DNA of 64,000 nt from Patescibacteria group bacterium. GTDB taxonomy: Bacteria; Patescibacteriota; Microgenomatia; Levybacterales; UBA12049. This document shows, one piece after another, positions 63,243-64,000 of the stretch (positions are counted from its first letter, which is position 1; each line of letters begins with the position of its first letter). The DNA lies in the NCBI GenBank assembly GCA_038063415.1, contig JBBTVD010000006.1, positions 221,882-285,881 on the forward strand, in the 5' to 3' direction. The translations under genes and the position numbers were made by a program. The notes under the pieces are model-generated. The model saw nothing but the letters and a program-made list of their open reading frames with translations. It made no database searches and was not told where the DNA came from.

Positions 63243-63757
63243 GCTATTTTTTCACTCCTTTGCTTTTTTCGATCTACTTGATCACTTACACGCTTGAGTG
63301 CTTCAAGAGTCGCATAAATATTACTTAGTTTGTTTTCGGTACCAAGTACCTTTGAAGAGATATTTTGGATACCAGCGGCTGATACAACAGCACGAACTGC
63401 TCCACCAGCAATAATACCACTTCCTGGAGGTGCTGGCTTAAGCATCACTTTAGCTGCTCCTAGTTTGATATCAATTCGGAAAGGAATAGTACCGTGTTGC
63501 AATGGAACGACGATCAGATGTTTTTTTGCCGTACTTATCCCTTTACGAATAGCTGACGCGACATCTGGTGCTTTACCAAGTCCGACTCCTACACGACCCT
63601 TTTTGTCACCGACAACGGTCAGAGCTGAAAAACCAACTTTGTTTCCTCCCTTAGTTTTTTTGGAGACTCTGTTTACCTGCACTACTTGCTCCTCAAACTC
63701 GCTTGGTGTAGCGTCAAATCTGTTTCTTTGATTGTTTTGCATATTTCGATGATACAT
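63239..63757 (-). CDS. rpsE: 30S ribosomal protein S5
   Basis: VNRVSKKTKGGNKVGFSALTVVGD...GAAKVMLKPAPPGSGIIAGGAVRAVV. The start is moved to an internal Met (63757) to avoid a 38-nt overlap with L18. ORF-track start is 63796. Confidence 0.9.
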   Translation of the reverse strand: MYHRNMQNNQRNRFDATPSEFEEQVVQVNRVSKKTKGGNKVGFSALTVVGDKKGRVGVGLGKAPDVASAIRKGISTAKKHLIVVPLQHGTIPFRIDIKLGAAKVMLKPAPPGSGIIAGGAVRAVVSAAGIQNISSKVLGTENKLSNIYATLEALKRVSDQVDRKKQRSEKIA

Positions 63758-63758
63758 A

Positions 63759-64000
63759 TTAGAACTGTAACCCTCCTTCTCGTGCACCTTCGGCAAGTGC
63801 TTTTACTCGACCATGATACGCAAATCTTCCTTTATCAAAAACAACTTCCTTGATCTTTTTTTCAATTGCTAGTTTTGCTATCATTTGGCCAACTGCTTTT
63901 GCTCCATCAAGAGGAGATTTTTTCTCCTTTGTCTGAATCGTTTTTTCAGAGATACCCACAACGGTATTACCGGTAACATCAATAATTTGCGCATAACAAT
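63759..64000 (-). CDS. rplR: 50S ribosomal protein L18; its N-terminus lies beyond the window end
   Basis: The minus-strand translation continues past 64000: ...CYAQIIDVTGNTVVGISEKTIQTKEKKSPLDGAKAVGQMIAKLAIEKKIKEVVFDKGRFAYHGRVKALAEGAREGGLQF* (L18 C-terminal half). Confidence 0.85.
   Translation of the reverse strand, partial: CYAQIIDVTGNTVVGISEKTIQTKEKKSPLDGAKAVGQMIAKLAIEKKIKEVVFDKGRFAYHGRVKALAEGAREGGLQF

Overview
This 64-kb window from a low-GC (about 40%) bacterium is densely packed with housekeeping genes, almost all on the minus strand. The gene content and order are reminiscent of an uncultivated reduced-genome lineage (CPR/Patescibacteria-like) or another deep Gram-positive-like branch: RNase Y plus RNase J, a class I LysRS, an hrcA-grpE-dnaK-dnaJ operon with a CIRCE-like operator, and no L30 between S5 and L15. 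I could not run any homology search, so every protein call rests on motifs I recognise by eye.

In window order, the recognisable blocks are:
- a large secreted repeat protein that runs off the left edge
- rny, a RodZ-like gene, ftsK and rnj
- a Lon-family AAA+ protein that lacks a protease domain, beside a HicB/HicA toxin-antitoxin pair
- the heat-shock operon
- a surface-protein locus
- metG and tatD
- a glycan-assembly cluster of GT2, GT-C, WecA-like and DPPR-synthase-like genes
- a class I LysRS with a C-terminal B3/4 domain
- a complete succinylase-branch DAP/lysine operon (dapE-dapD-dapC-lysA-lysC-dapB-dapA-asd)
- murB
- an acetyl-unit metabolic operon: a phosphoketolase with a CoA-binding domain fused to its C-terminus, acs, and the two subunits of ATP-citrate lyase (aclB, aclA)
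- greA, an orphan solute-binding protein, VanW, tsaD and a CAP-domain protein
- a guaB-like gene and a long ribosomal/secY operon: L17-L13-S9, then rpoA-S4-S11-S13-L36-IF1-map-cmk-adk-secY-L15-S5-L18.

No rRNA, tRNA, CRISPR array, transposase or integrase was recognised.

The observations most worth a second look are:
1. the ATP-citrate lyase plus the phosphoketolase-CoA-binding fusion operon
2. a possible Lys-codon leader-peptide attenuator in front of the lysine operon
3. a roughly 60-70 nt structured palindromic repeat present three times in operon-internal intergenic spacers
4. a long palindromic array of TTCGAA-type heptamers between rpoA and rplQ
5. the protease-less Lon-like ATPase next to HicAB.
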